Assembly: GCA_049969615.1 (NCBI GenBank)
Contig: JBMFOM010000073.1
Location: 1 to 10,134 of the forward strand
Length of the DNA: 10,134 nucleotides
Direction of reading: 5' to 3'
Origin: a candidate division WOR-3 bacterium
GTDB taxonomy: Bacteria; Hydrothermota; Hydrothermia; JBDRYB01
Shown here: positions 8,531 through 10,134 of the stretch, in pieces
Numbering within the stretch: the first letter of the stretch is position 1
Layout: each line of letters opens with the position of its first letter
Translations under genes and position numbers: made by a program
The notes under the pieces: generated by a model
What the model was told of the DNA's origin: nothing
The model's database searches: none
Seen by the model: only the letters and a program-made list of their open reading frames with translations

Positions 8531-9308
8531 ACCGGCGAGAATAATCCGGATTAGGGACGACGCTCCTGGCATCAAGAGCTTCACATTGACATTTTCCGGC
8601 TGGGATGAGGTGAAGTCCGGCCAGATGGTAAAGCTACACGTGCCTGAGCACTGGGAGATACCCATATCCGTGTCCGGAGTTGACGAGGGAACGATAACCC
8701 TGACAATAGCGAGGGTCGGCGTGACGACCAACGCGCTGTTCAGGCTAACTGAGGGGGAAATCCTCGGTCTCAGGGGGCCGTTTGGGAGGCCGTGGCCCAC
8801 GCAAGCCCTCTGGGGGAGCAGGGTTCTCGTTGTAGCGGGAGGAGTTGGCCTTGCTCCGACCAGATTGCTTGTGTATGAGCTTGTCGGGCCTGGACTCACA
8901 TTGCTTTATGGCGCGAGAAACCCATCGCTCCTTCTGTTCCGTGAGGAATACGAGGGCTTGAGGGATCAGGGGGTTGACCTGCGCTTGACGGTTGACGCGG
9001 GGGACGAGGACTGGGACGGAAATGTTGGGGTCGTGACAACCCTGCTCAACAAGGATATGGTCAGGGATCAGGATTATGCCATTGTAGCAGGGCCGCCTAT
9101 AATGATGTATTTTACCACGAAGACCCTGATGGAAATGGGCATGCTAGCCGAAAGAATATTTGTCACCCTTGAGAATCACATGAAGTGCGGGATTGGTCTG
9201 TGTGGCCACTGCAGGATAGGTGACAAGTATATATGTGTGGATGGCCCAGTGTTCAGTCTCGCTGAAGCCCTGGCCCTTGGGGAACGCTCGGCCGGAGAAC
9301 TCTGGTAG
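8502..9308 (+). CDS. AsrB/HydG (sulfhydrogenase gamma)/FlxA-like FAD/NAD(P)-binding [2Fe-2S] oxidoreductase
   Basis: Motifs GQ..E.PIS.S, RVGVTT, RGPFG, AGGVGLAP, LLYGAR, GPPIMM and LE.HMKCGIGLCGHC..ICVDGPVF. GGAGG at 8491-8495 supports TTG 8502 as the start instead of 8343. Confidence 0.88.
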   Translation: MSARDHELPEPARIIRIRDDAPGIKSFTLTFSGWDEVKSGQMVKLHVPEHWEIPISVSGVDEGTITLTIARVGVTTNALFRLTEGEILGLRGPFGRPWPTQALWGSRVLVVAGGVGLAPTRLLVYELVGPGLTLLYGARNPSLLLFREEYEGLRDQGVDLRLTVDAGDEDWDGNVGVVTTLLNKDMVRDQDYAIVAGPPIMMYFTTKTLMEMGMLAERIFVTLENHMKCGIGLCGHCRIGDKYICVDGPVFSLAEALALGERSAGELW

Positions 9309-9345
9309 GGCCTCTATAATTTTGAAATTGCGGGGCAGAAATACC

Positions 9346-10014
9346 CTATCCCTCCACCAGCCCGTCTCTGAGCCTAACTATCCTCCCCGCCCTCTTCGCT
9401 ATTTCGGGGTCATGAGTGACCAAGATGATTGTCTTGCCATCCCTATGGAGTTCCGCGAAGAGATCCATGATCTCGGCGCCGGTCTTGCTATCAAGGTTGC
9501 CAGTAGGCTCGTCAGCAAAGATTATCTCCGGGTCGTTGGCAAGGGCCCTTCCAATGGCAACACGTTGGCGCTCGCCGCCCGATAGCTCCGAGGGGTTATG
9601 CTTCATCCTGTCCGCGAGGCCAATTCTCTCAAGTATCTCCGTGGCCCTCTTTCTCCTATTTGCAAGGGGCACACCCGTATAGACCATTGGCAGGGCAACA
9701 TTATCAAGCGCGCTCATCCGAGGCAGGAGGTAGAAGTTCTGGAAGACGAAGCCTATCTTGGTTCTCCTGATATTCGCTAGTTCCGGTTCGTCAAGGCTGT
9801 GGACCTCTTGACCATCAAGGATGTAGGTCCCGGATGTGGGGGTTTCAAGACAACCGAGGATATGCATCAGGGTGCTCTTTCCCGAACCCGAAGGCCCCAT
9901 TATGGAAATATATTCCCCTCGCTCCACCGCCAGATCAACACCCCTGAGGACATGTAGTTCAACCTTTCCGAGCATGAATATCTTGTGGATATCCCTGGCG
10001 TCTATCAGAGGCAT
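9346..10014 (-). CDS. ABC transporter ATP-binding protein, LolD/MacB-type
   Basis: Walker [17 protein letters not shown]-loop, signature [11 protein letters not shown], Walker B/D-loop [12 protein letters not shown] and H-loop VTHD. The typical N-terminus [11 protein letters not shown] starts at ATG 10014 rather than 10101. Confidence 0.95.
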   Translation of the reverse strand: MPLIDARDIHKIFMLGKVELHVLRGVDLAVERGEYISIMGPSGSGKSTLMHILGCLETPTSGTYILDGQEVHSLDEPELANIRRTKIGFVFQNFYLLPRMSALDNVALPMVYTGVPLANRRKRATEILERIGLADRMKHNPSELSGGERQRVAIGRALANDPEIIFADEPTGNLDSKTGAEIMDLFAELHRDGKTIILVTHDPEIAKRAGRIVRLRDGLVEG

Positions 10015-10021
10015 ATAAATA

Positions 10022-10050
10022 ATTATAACCCACCTTCTGTGTAGGATCAA
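10022..10050 (-). promoter_or_regulatory. Putative sigma70 promoter of the ABC ATPase gene
   Basis: Minus strand TTGATC (10050-10045), 17-nt spacer, TATAAT (10027-10022), 7 nt, ATG (10014). No SD. The -35 hexamer is the same as the one before glyA. Confidence 0.7.
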
Positions 10051-10134
10051 GTATTTGTGGTGATCCTTTCCCCGGATGTGCTCATTTTTGATTCTCAGCA
10101 TACCCCCCTGGTTTGAGAAAGCCCGGATGGGTCA

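Noticed and set aside
8264..8899. 211-aa minus-strand ORF
   Set aside because: Antisense to two conserved redox genes, with Ser/Pro/Thr-rich shadow composition.
7574..9308. Calling these genes asrAB (sulfite reductase), hydBG (hydrogenase), pyrK or nfnA
   Set aside because: No asrC, hydrogenase subunits, pyrD or nfnB are adjacent. The [2Fe-2S] motif begins with Cys (CGIGLCGHC), not the Asp of NfnA. Only family-level calls are supported.
9220..9585. 121-aa plus-strand ORF as a real protein
   Set aside because: Mostly the antisense reading of the conserved ABC ATPase motifs, a common source of spurious ORFs.
1..10134. CRISPR array, tRNA/rRNA genes, tnpB or defence genes
   Set aside because: No regularly spaced repeats or RNA gene signatures were seen, and the intergenic gaps are short. 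Anything downstream of tnpA lies outside the window.

Overview
Bacterial genomic window, mostly housekeeping and energy metabolism. Positions 1-585 hold decayed mobile DNA: a 5'-truncated IS200/IS605-type HUH transposase (-), an internally deleted IS1634-like transposase remnant (+) and a ~165-bp AT-rich segment bounded by 10-bp inverted repeats. The + strand then carries glyA, a glyS (GlyRS beta) with no adjacent glyQ, a GT-C-like membrane glycosyltransferase and a three-gene operon. That operon encodes a Cys-type cytoplasmic formate dehydrogenase catalytic subunit, an AsrA/HydB/FlxB-like Fe-S protein and an AsrB/HydG/FlxA-like FAD/NAD(P)-binding [2Fe-2S] protein. A convergent LolD/MacB-type ABC ATPase (-) ends the window. 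The two most interesting points are (1) an Fdh paired with a sulfhydrogenase-type diaphorase module, with no hydrogenase, AsrC or Hdr gene in the operon, and (2) recurring -10 hexamers 6-9 nt before start codons that lack a Shine-Dalgarno site, which suggests leaderless translation. Family calls rest on motif recognition only; no searches were run.
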